Part shown: piece by piece, positions 23,200 through 32,395 of the stretch
Layout of the letters: each line of letters opens with the position of its first letter
Numbering within the stretch: position 1 is the first letter of the stretch
Origin: Octopus bimaculoides
Lineage: Eukaryota
Direction of reading: 5' to 3'
Assembly (NCBI RefSeq): GCF_001194135.2
Contig: NC_068983.1
Location: 25,303,127-25,335,521 of the forward strand
Length of the DNA stretch: 32,395 nt
Program-made: the position numbers and the translations under genes
Notes under the pieces: generated by a model
Seen by the model: only the letters and a program-made list of their open reading frames with translations
Database searches by the model: none
What the model was told of the DNA's origin: nothing

Positions 23200-23630
23200 T
23201 TTCAGTCGATAGACAACAGTCATGCTTGGGTACCGCCATGGAGAATTTTTAGTTGATCGAATATACCGCAGTACCTTTTTCAAGTTTAGTACTTATTCTA
23301 TCGTTTGTCTTTACCGGACCGCTAGGTTACGATAAGGTAAACACAGTCAAATGTATCTTGTGCGACTACTATTTAAAATAAATGATTTATTCGATTTATA
23401 CGTTAAATTATGTGGATTGTCTTCTTTTTTTGTGTATCAAGCTGTGATGGAGGAAAAACACAGACACAAATAGACACAGGCACACATGCACCCGCACTCA
23501 CCTCCATATATATATATACGCCGGGTTTGTTTTAGTTTCACTCTAGGGAATCCACTCACAAGCCTTGGGTCGCCCCGAGGATATAACAGAGACACTGAAC
23601 CCGGAACCATGAGTTTGTTTACCCAGCCAC
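23200..23630 (-). mobile_element. SINE family A, heavily degenerate copy carrying a 98-bp insertion (23343-23440)
   Basis: Colinear with 30160-30540 on both sides of the insertion (agtacttattctatcg...accgctaggttacg...gtaaacaca / tcaagc...aaacacagacac...aatccactcacaag...actgaacccggaaccatg...cagccac). Confidence 0.85.
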
Positions 23631-23657
23631 ATGATTTCGGCTACACTACCACAACTT

Positions 23658-23687
23658 GGCGCAGTCTAATGACTGAAATAAGTATAA
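23658..23687 (+). mobile_element. Isolated SINE A 3' tail remnant
   Basis: ggcgcagtctaatgactgaaataagta matches the tail hairpin consensus. Confidence 0.6.
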
Positions 23688-25175
23688 GGGAGCCAGTGCG
23701 ATCGCTGTTTTATAGCTAGTATACAAGCCTGTGGTTACGGCCATCTTGTGACTAATGTCCCCTAGTTGACCTTTTGAAGCGAAATAAAACACTTACTGCC
23801 TATAATTTCATATGCGACGTTGTTGCTGCTATGCCTGTTTCTGAGCAGCTTATGTTTTTTTATAAAATATATATTAGTATTGGATATTTTGTGAACATAA
23901 ATTGCACTGGTTTTAAGTATCATTCTTGGAACGAGTGTGGTATATTTAAATGTACTGTTGACTTATTAAAGATGTCCTCTGCATCGGTGGTTTAAAGACA
24001 TACTCCAGATTTTAAATGACTTTCAGTTAAACGGATGTAAAACACAAAGCTACATATTAACTGATGCATTTCTATGTATTGGGTTATAATTACACACGAG
24101 CTGGTAATCTGTAGAATATAACTCTGTTTCGACATACACAGTTCTTTTCTATTTGCTGTTCAGTTTTTTTAACGACTGTGTGTTTATGCATCTAAAAGAT
24201 TTTCTTTATATGGTTCCTGTTAAATTATTATGGTACAATTTGTCGATCAAATAATGGAACGACTTTTGTCAACCATGATATAATGTCACTGGCAAATGGT
24301 TGATAATAATCATACCGTATTTTTGGTGGATTTTATTTTCGCTTATAGCGATTGAATTACATGCTGCGTTTTCGATTTTTTAGTAGCCATTCCGGCTTGC
24401 CTCAGAGCTCTAGTTATTTTGGGGGAGTCTATTCTTTGTTGAAGCAAGCAGCAGTTTTAGATGGCTCAACAAAGAGCCGTTCGAATTAAGATCAATGAAA
24501 CTCACCGATAAATTCAAGAGATGTCACTGATAACTATCTACTAGAATCTGGCAGATTGCACTAAGAACTGCAGAGAGGTACGGAGGAAGAAAATGCTTAC
24601 TATATGAAAACACCTGGAGAAATTTGCATTAATTTACTAAATGTAGCAAGCAAAGACCTTTTTACTTAACCCTTATTACACCAATAGTGAGGAGAAACAT
24701 TATTCAATATAATTGAAGAAAGGTAGGATAAAGAATTATACAGATATTCTACGCGTCTGCAGTAGCACTAAAAAGATGTTATCCATAATCACATATAATA
24801 TACTATGCCAATGTTTATCCAACATAATGAAACGTATGGCGGCTGCAGTCACTAAAATTCGGTTAAGCAACCTAATAAGATTCAAATAAAGGCGGTCGAT
24901 AGCTGATGTTTTGTAGCGATAGATACGATTCAAGTGACAGATATATGATCCTATAGTCAATATAATCGGCAATGATAAATATCAGAAATACTTCGATCAG
25001 TCTTCACAAAAGTATCAAAACTATTAAATTGCTCCTGGATAGAGCTATCGCATAGATTATAAGACTCACTCTAACTAACAACGAAACTAAAAGCACAAGT
25101 AGAATATTCTAAAGCTATATTGTTTCCGACCATGGTCAGAAATAGTCAACATACCAACGAATAAATCACTGAAAA

Positions 25176-25685
25176 TCAGTCCTCATCGTAATAATATCTT
25201 GCGGCTACATTAGGGAATTTGATAGCCATTGTGCTGATAAATACGTGAACGATACTTTGGTAACAGAATTTATATGAGATGATGTTGGGTGATGTGGAAT
25301 TTATTATGATGTATAAAATATTTCTACACATGGTGAAATAATCAACTCCCAAGTATTTAGTAGAATAGTTGTTTAAAGTAAATAAAGAGGTGTTTGTGCC
25401 AAACTTATATTCTACAGATACATAGAGAATGTGACACACTGAAGATGATTCCCTGAACCTGTATCTATTTTTATGGATAACGTTAAGGTATTGAATTGGT
25501 AGATTATTTAAGGGAACTTTAAACATGTCTTGTAGTATATATTTCGGTTTTTCCTGTTCAGATACTACTTCGACCATTTTTGCTTTTCGATAAGGGAAGG
25601 AATCTCTCAAGTACTGGTGCCAAGTTACCAAACTAATCCGTACCTCTAAACCTGTCGAAGTGGCACGGTAGTTGCTTGTGTACAT
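25176..25685 (-). CDS. 169-aa non-repetitive ORF, possibly a coding exon (25651-25256), product unknown
   Basis: Longest gap-free ORF in the window not built from microsatellite or a recognised TE, in AT-rich DNA. Potential phase-1 acceptor (cacttcgacag/25651) and phase-1 donor (A/GTATCG at 25256). Confidence 0.35.
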   Translation of the reverse strand: MYTSNYRATSTGLEVRISLVTWHQYLRDSFPYRKAKMVEVVSEQEKPKYILQDMFKVPLNNLPIQYLNVIHKNRYRFRESSSVCHILYVSVEYKFGTNTSLFTLNNYSTKYLGVDYFTMCRNILYIIINSTSPNIISYKFCYQSIVHVFISTMAIKFPNVAARYYYDED

Positions 25686-25739
25686 AAGTTTTAAGGATGA
25701 GATACATAAGTTTTAAGGATGAGATACACAAGTTTTAAG
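25681..25739. repeat. 22-bp tandem repeat, about 2.7 copies (tacataagttttaaggatgaga)
   Basis: Direct. Confidence 0.95.
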
Positions 25740-26138
25740 CACCCACACATACAGTGGGAATACGGGTCTCCTTTCTTTTCTAACTTTAAAATGATTTACT
25801 CTAACTTGTGTAGAACACATATCTAAGTTTATTTTGATCCCTTTAAGTCCTCTCAAATAACATCGGCAGCATGTAAATTCTTTACACGACATACATCCAG
25901 GGAATTCTTTCGGGAGATTTTGAATGCACGTTTGAATATATTTTTGATTTTATTGCAACACTTCTGAAAATGCACCCGTGTTAGGGATATACATTTGAAT
26001 TTCAGATATAGTCGACGGGATTCTACACTACTTCCGTCTATTTAATGGCACTATCAAAATTTTGGTTAATTGGAGGGCAGCAGTATGCTTGCCCAAGTTT
26101 CCGCGCAGAGTAATCGAACCTAGAATATTAGAATATGC

Positions 26139-26344
26139 TTTTCTACTCTAGGCACAAGGTCCGAAATTTTTGGAGAGTGGGCGATTAGATCAACCTCAGT
26201 ACGAAACTGGTACTTAATTTATCGACCCCGAAAAGATTAAAGGCAAAGTCGACCTCGGCGGAATTTGAACTCAGGGCGTCAAGGCAGACGAAATAACGAC
26301 ACGCATTTTGGCCGGCGTTCTAACGTCTCTGGCAGCTCGCCGCC
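26139..26344 (-). mobile_element. tRNA-derived SINE family B, near-full copy
   Basis: Reverse complement reads ggcggcgagctgccagagacgttagaacgccggcc...gagttcaaattccgccgaggtcgactttgcctttaatcttttcggggtcgataaattaagtaccag... with A/B-box-like motifs. Homologous to 11892-12095. Confidence 0.9.
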
Positions 26345-26842
26345 TTAAAATATTTGAATATTATGTTATCAAATCCTACATTTCCTCGAAAGTTAACAAT
26401 ATATTTTCCATTGCCAGTCATTCTAACGATTGTTCCAGAGAAACAACGTGCCAAAGTTAAGCAACCTTTTTTTTTTTAATACACATTGAATATGATTACT
26501 CATCGAAATTAAATTATTCATCAAAAGCACACATTTTAAACGTTCTACACATCTATAATTTCCATATGAAAAACGTTATCTATGTTAATATATGTAGCAA
26601 CACGTATAAATTTTCCTGTTTTCAATATTGTATGTTTTATTCACAAGAAATCAACATAAATGGATGTTTTCCTTTCGTAGTTACAGCACTGCAAAACTTT
26701 ACTAATACAAATCAACCTAGTATTTAAAAGTTGGATTTTCGATTTTAATTAAGATACCATGATGTTCATTTTTGTTTACGGTGAACTAAAATGAGAAACA
26801 AGAATCAAGGACAGTGAGCCAAAATCTGAACGAAATTGGTGC

Positions 26843-26963
26843 TACAATTTATTAGAATTTGATTTTATTGCTGTAGAAAAGAGAAACTAATCCCACTTTC
26901 AGATTAATTAAATTCACGAAAAGGAAAAACATCATATATTTAAAGTGATGTTTTAAAGCATTT
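26843..26963 (-). repeat. Left arm of a diverged inverted repeat (partner 27722-27843)
   Basis: About 120 bp at roughly 80% identity by eye, including an exact 30-nt block agcaataaaatcaaattctaataaattgta. Confidence 0.9.
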
Positions 26964-27265
26964 GTTCGTGCCTGCACTATATCTCGATTTGCTGTCAGGA
27001 TACAAAATCGAAGGAATATTTTCAGCGTCCGTTTGAAGCAAAAAGATTATTTAAAAATATACTATCCATGGTGAGATAGACGAAATAGATTTATCTTTCA
27101 ACTATTTCTCAAGCATCTCGTGAAACACATGCAGCGTCGAAGATCACCAAAAGTGTGAATCTCACAACGAGTCCAGTTTAGTTGTAATGTGAGGATAAAA
27201 GCAAATTGTTCATTGTATCAGGATGTTGTTTTCTTCATTGTTCTCTTCACTGTGACCCAGTTTAC

Positions 27266-27349
27266 CACCATTAAATACGATGACTTGCGAGAATTATCTG
27301 TAACTGAACCGCTTGCATCAAATGTGATGACTATTTCACGAACAACAAT
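27266..27349 (-). CDS. Candidate 84-nt phase 0-0 exon (IVVREIVITFDASGSVTDNSRKSSYLMV)
   Basis: Strong acceptor ttttatcatttttccgcag, donor GTG/GTAAAC and only one open frame. It resembles the C-terminal strands of a CUB domain (IxFxSDxSVTxxGFxxxY). Confidence 0.3.
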
Positions 27350-27479
27350 CTGCGGAAAAATGATAAAATCACTTATTTAAGATACCACCTATTATTGAAT
27401 AACTAATTTACGATGCTGGGACATCGAGAAATAAAGACAAAACGCCACAATGAGGTCATTTACACTGGATATGCATATA

Positions 27480-27489
27480 NNNNNNNNNN
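27480..27489. other. Assembly gap
   Basis: Run of N. Confidence 1.
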
Positions 27490-27721
27490 TTACTTCATGA
27501 ATTTGTAATTCTCGAGACTTAGTTGAAAATGTTATATCATCTCTCATGTTGTTAAGACAAAACTATTGGTTCTTGAATCAAAAAGAAAATGCAATACCAT
27601 TTGTAATTATCGTAGAAATACTCAATTGAACATTTTGTGATTCTCTTTGAAATTCACTAATATTATATTATATTTGGTTTCATCTCAACTAAAGTATTGT
27701 TATATTTTTACTGTCATTTTA

Positions 27722-27843
27722 AAATGCTGAAACAATCACTTCAAATGTATGATGTTTCTTCCTTTTCATGTATTTAATTAATCTTAAAGTGGGATTCATT
27801 TCTCTTTTTTTATAGCAATAAAATCAAATTCTAATAAATTGTA
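27722..27843 (+). repeat. Right arm of a diverged inverted repeat (partner 26843-26963)
   Basis: Manual reverse-complement alignment. Confidence 0.9.
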
Positions 27844-28711
27844 CTTCGTAGCCAACAATTTCTCCTTGGCAATATCCATATGAGGTCATTTATTTATATA
27901 AGTTTTCAAAGAAAATTCGAGAGAATTAACGAGAAATTTTTCCTTTGATATATTTATCAATCTACTTAATTTGAATTTGTCTTTACGTAGCATTATTGCA
28001 TCGATGTTATGAAAAGAGATGGTGGAATCTGGAATATGGTTAGAAGGTAGTCACTTTTTCTTTTGCGATTTTTACTATAGTTCTTTGATTTCTCAGGTGT
28101 TTTTTTTTTATATACAAACTTGTTTAATTTAAAATATAATTTGCTTCACTTGTTTTTATAACATGTTTTGATAATGATCTCGAACACGATTTCAAACTGA
28201 AATGTCAATGTTTTGTATCTGTGATCTTGATCTGTGTACTATGATTCTGTATTATTGGTAATTGCATTGAACAGAAAATCTTAGTGTTTATAACATCGTA
28301 AAAGAAGTTAAGTGCTAGAGCGCTGGCTTAAATACCGTATCATATTAGTCTTTTTATTTTTTTACTTCTATTTATTTTAAATTTTCAGCAGAAACAACAT
28401 TGCCTTTTATCCGTTTCCGATCGATAAAATGAAACGAACTGGCCTTTACTAGAGTTGAATTACCCATAACTATCTTCCACTTGGAATATACATTCTTACA
28501 AACTTGGAAGAATGTAAGAATGAATAACAGCATGAAGAAATTTTGAGCGGTTTAAAGTCAAGAAGTTATAATTTCATTGATATGATCATTGTTGAATCAT
28601 TTATTGTATATTAATTGTTATAAAATACGTGGAAATTCGAAATTAATCAGAAGATAATTTCACATTAATGGAATATTTCAAAGTCAGAATCAGATGGAAC
28701 TGAAGTGTGTA

Positions 28712-29224
28712 TTCTTTTATTATTTTACTGGTTTCAGTCATTTGACTGCAGCCATGCTGGAGCACAATTCTAAGGGATTTTAGTCAAACACATCGACGCG
28801 AGGACTTATTTCTTTGAAGCCTAGTATTTGTTCTCCTGGTCTTTTTTGCCATACAGCTAAGTTACGGGAACTTAAACACACCAACATCGATTGTCAAGCG
28901 ATGGTAAGGGGTAGGGGGACAAACACAGACACACGAATATGACTTTATATTTTCCGACGCTACTCTATCTCTTTCTCTTTCTCTTCCTCTATCATTTTTT
29001 CCCTCTCTCGTTCTTCCTCTTTACTACTACGTATCTCGCTTTACCCCTCTCGTTCTTCCTCTGTTACTACTACGTATCTCCTTTCCCCCCTCATACTTCC
29101 TCTCTTTCTCTTTTCCTCTCGTTGCTCACCTATTCTTCTACTTCATCCCTTTGTTTCTCCCTCTACCACTCTCTCTCTCTCTTTCCTTTACACCGGCGTG
29201 GTCACATATACTCATTTACTGTTT

Positions 29225-29264
<40 letters not shown>

Positions 29265-29421
29265 CATGGGCTTCTTTCAGTTTCCGTCTACCAAATCCAC
29301 TTATAAAGCTTTGATCAGCCTCAGGCTATAGAAGACACTTCTCCAAGGTGACACGCAGTGGGACTGAACGTGGAACAATGTGATTGGGAAACCAGCTTCT
29401 TATGACACAGCCAAGCCTGCG
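28712..29421 (-). mobile_element. SINE family A, full-length degenerate copy with a ~330-bp expanded internal pyrimidine/TA tract
   Basis: The 3' half (28712-28935) and the head (29266-29421) both align with 30135-30549. The internal tract contains a ~33-bp tandem duplication (29005-29037, 29047-29080). Confidence 0.9.
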
Positions 29422-29479
29422 ACTGTCATTCTCACTAGATTTGCACTGAAGTATATATTATTGTATGTAATATCATTCT

Positions 29480-29872
29480 GAGAAATGTCCACAATTATCA
29501 GAAATACAATGTTAATGAGCTATTTGGATGATACCAAAATATCAAAGACAATCAAGAATTCAGATAATTTGAAAAACCCAGAAAGATATAAATATAAAAT
29601 ACTACAAACTCTCAGTTATTAAATCCTAAACGCTTATTCAAGATCAAACAATGTTATATCATCCGATTAAAATCCAAGGCGTGGAATGTTTAGTGCATAA
29701 TTAAGCATGATATAATTCATAAAATATCATGAAGGTAAGAGCAATCTGAAGGTAGGTTGAATCCAGAGAATATTTAGAATAACAATAAAATACTAAACGT
29801 TACATGTTTACTCCATTTTTCCCGCTTACTCCAATAGAATGGGACAATTCCAAAGGCTCTATACGAAGCAGA
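29480..29872 (+). mobile_element. Old CR1/L2-group LINE reverse-transcriptase fragment (pseudogenised)
   Basis: MSTIIRNTMLMSYLDDTKISKTIKNSD (YADD-like RT motif at 29521-29538), later VG*IQRIFR and QRLYTK, in the order expected for CR1/L2 ORF2. Confidence 0.65.
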
Positions 29873-30134
29873 CCGTTTTAATATAGCAGCAGATCTACAA
29901 GGAAAATTAAGAACTTCAAAAGCGTAAAGAAAAAAATGATGAGCAGTAAATTGTACCTACGAGATTTTAGATATAGGGAAACACAACATTTATGTCCTGA
30001 ATGATAATGACGACATGTAAACGATGCCATCACTGTATAAAGGATAAGGGAACTGCATGTAATATACAACTGTACACTCTCAGTATATATACATACATAT
30101 ATACATACATATATATGCATACATATATATACAT

Positions 30135-30549
30135 ACTCTTACTCTTTAGTCTTTTACTTGTTTCAGTCTTTTGACTGTGGCCATGCTGGAGCACCGCCTT
30201 TAGTCGAGCAAATCGACCCCAGGACTTATTCTTTGGAAGCCTAGTACTTATTCTTTCGGTCTCTTTTGCCGAACCGCTAAGTTACAGGGACATAAACACA
30301 CCAGCATCGGTTGTCAAGCGATGTTGGGGGGACAAACACAGACAAACAAACACATACACACATACATATATATATATACATATATACGACAGGCTTCTTT
30401 CAGTTTCCGTCTACCAAATCCACTCACAAGGCTTTGGTCGGCCCGAGGCTATAGTAGAAGACACTTGCCCAAGATGCCACGCAGTGGGACTGAACCCGGG
30501 ACCATGTGGTTGGTAAGCAAGCTATTTACCACACAGCCACTCCTACGCC
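30135..30549 (-). mobile_element. SINE family A, best-preserved full-length copy (tRNA-derived)
   Basis: Pol III A-box (30529-30539) and B-box (30486-30496), an internal TA/CA microsatellite (~30345-30387), a 3' body and a tail with hairpin (30164-30177) ending in short A-rich repeats. Confidence 0.95.
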
Positions 30550-30863
30550 TATATATATATTTATAAAAAAGAAGTTTGAAAACGCCAATATATAAAAAAT
30601 GAATTTTAATTTATAATTTTGGCAGAGATATTTTTAACATGTTTCGGTTCGTGAAAAAATGAACCTTATCAAAAATACATAATTAAAAAAAATGAAATTA
30701 AATGAAAAGTTCATAATTGTTCCTTACTGGTGTCAATAGTCCACGTGGGAGCATTTTTGTTGGTTGTAGTAGTAGTAGTGACCGTGTTGGTAATGATAAA
30801 TGGCAGTGACCTCTATGTATATATACATACACATATATATATATATATATATATGCATATTTT

Positions 30864-31100
30864 TCACATCAATCTCTTCTTCATCCATTCGAGTAATTTT
30901 ACTCTCTGCCTCCTTCTCGCTCTCCTTCCCACCAGCTCAGCCTCCACCATATAACGGTCCGATCCGTCATCCTCTTTGAGAAAATGGCCAACATATTTCC
31001 ACTGTCTCTCTCTGATAGTATCCACCAACAGTCTGTTCACTTCCATCTTTTTCAACACTTCTATTCCTGAAGCAGCTGTAGAGACTTTATGCAAAACTTC
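30864..31100 (-). mobile_element. RTE-clade LINE ORF2 3' fragment
   Basis: EVLKKMEVNRLLVDTIRERQWKYVGH...ELVGRRARRRQRVKLLEWMKK matches the RTE C-terminus (EVLxxxxxxRxLxxxIxxRQxxxxGH...GxRxRGRQR), followed by a microsatellite. Confidence 0.85.
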
Positions 31101-31889
31101 TCAGTCCCTTATTTACTCTAACAATTCTGCAATTATGTTTGAATTATAAATTCCCTGCTCTAAAGATACCACGAATTTTGCTTATTCATTCTTCCTTTTT
31201 AACATATACCTATCCGCTCAATGACGAATCACTTAATTCTATTGTTTGCTAGACAGCTACAACACCACTTTTGTTTTCATCACAGTTCAAATCGTAGTTT
31301 TAGTGGTAAATCTATCTGAGCTCTTTTTGTATGTACCTATTACATTATATCACTAGGTTTAGTATTTTCTGTACTCTCTCTTTATACATATGTTTCAGAA
31401 CACATGAGTTGAGCGTTAAGTACTTTAGAAAGAACTATAAATCGTTGAATAAATTTTGGCTAATTTTGCTACTAAATCCTGCATTTAAGCTATGAAAAAT
31501 AATAAAATATAGTAAGGGAATAAATTTATGGTTGTATATCTATCTGACAAACGCATTGCATGCATCGCTATTCGTGTGTACGCAATATCGCTAATAAATG
31601 TAACTGTATACAGCTGCATAAGTTTATGTGTGAACATGAGTATCATCAGCATTTTGGATGTAGCAGCTATTTCACTGGTCTCTTGGCTTTTGTTGAATAT
31701 GTTGTATTTAGCTTAATGTGGAAATACAGAATAGGTGTACACTCCCTATTTTAATGTGACATTTTAAGATAGAGATATCCTGCTGAAAATTAAGATAAAG
31801 AAAAATATTTATCCTTCCTGTCATAATTACTTTTCTGTTTTTCCTATTGAATGCTTGCTAATTCTGCTTGGAATGAAATACCAAAGTAC

Positions 31890-32080
31890 ACATGTATGTT
31901 TGTGGGTGGGTATATACGTGTGAATACATACACACACACTCACAAATACGCTTATATGTATATGTACGTACATACGTAGCAAGTAATATATATATATATA
32001 TATATATTCATATATATATATACAAATATATATATACACATACACACACACAAATATATATATATATATATATAATAACA
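31890..32080. repeat. Compound (TG)/(CA)/(TA) microsatellite
   Basis: Direct. Confidence 0.95.
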
Positions 32081-32395
32081 ATATATTATAAATTAACTAC
32101 CAACAAAAATAATTGGTAAGCTAACTTAAAAAATCATCACCTAAATAGCAGAAAAAAACGACAGTGAAGATATGCAGACTCTTCAAGAATCGATCCTTTT
32201 GGTAATATTAATAATAATAAAGGAGTTACGACGCAAAAACGTATAAATTCAAAAGAACATATTTATCTTCTTCAATATATATTTCAGTATAAAGAATTCA
32301 TTAAGATGCTTAAATCAAAATTTCTTTACACATCATTCAGGAACAGATATAACATCAGAAAAAATACACTCCGTTTAAAAACACAAACCGTTCAT

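Noticed and set aside
24506-24567. Minus-strand 62-nt exon with strong acceptor and GTGAGT donor
   Set aside because: All three frames contain stops. It could only be a non-coding exon, which I cannot support without RNA data.
24736-25245. GPCR-like motifs (LIFSDLFVGML, AIDRLY on minus; LGNLIAIVLI on plus)
   Set aside because: They fall in different frames and strands and are interrupted by stops. Such motifs are expected by chance in AT-rich, hydrophobic-biased translations.
25681-25739. Short direct repeats as a CRISPR array (also 21278-21325)
   Set aside because: The units are contiguous or have only a 4-nt linker, with no unique spacers, no cas genes and a eukaryotic context.

Overview
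This is eukaryotic, AT-rich, microsatellite-dense draft-assembly DNA with 7 N-gaps. The repeat families match my recollection of coleoid cephalopod (most likely Octopus) SINEs and LINEs; that assignment is an inference, not a database result. There are no rRNA, tRNA, CRISPR or prokaryotic operon features, and no protein-coding gene I can name. Most ORFs in the supplied track are microsatellite or gap artefacts. Well-supported content: (1) three tRNA-derived SINE families, about 10 copies or fragments; (2) a decayed Tigger/pogo transposase at 12.5-13.8 kb; (3) CR1/L2-group LINE pieces at 3.8-4.1 kb and 29.5-29.9 kb; (4) an R4/Dong-type 3' end abutting a (TAA)n tract at 7.2-7.5 kb; (5) an RTE LINE 3' fragment at 30.9-31.1 kb. 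Most interesting observations: a 3' stem-loop shared, with compensatory changes, between the LINE and the main SINE family; a perfect 98-bp inverted copy of nearby DNA inserted into an old SINE with junction microhomology; two further inverted-arm pairs; a tandem double hairpin; and a speculative minus-strand intron-rich gene whose candidate exons resemble divergent CUB modules. I found no convincing wholly new biological system, and the findings are hypotheses to test.
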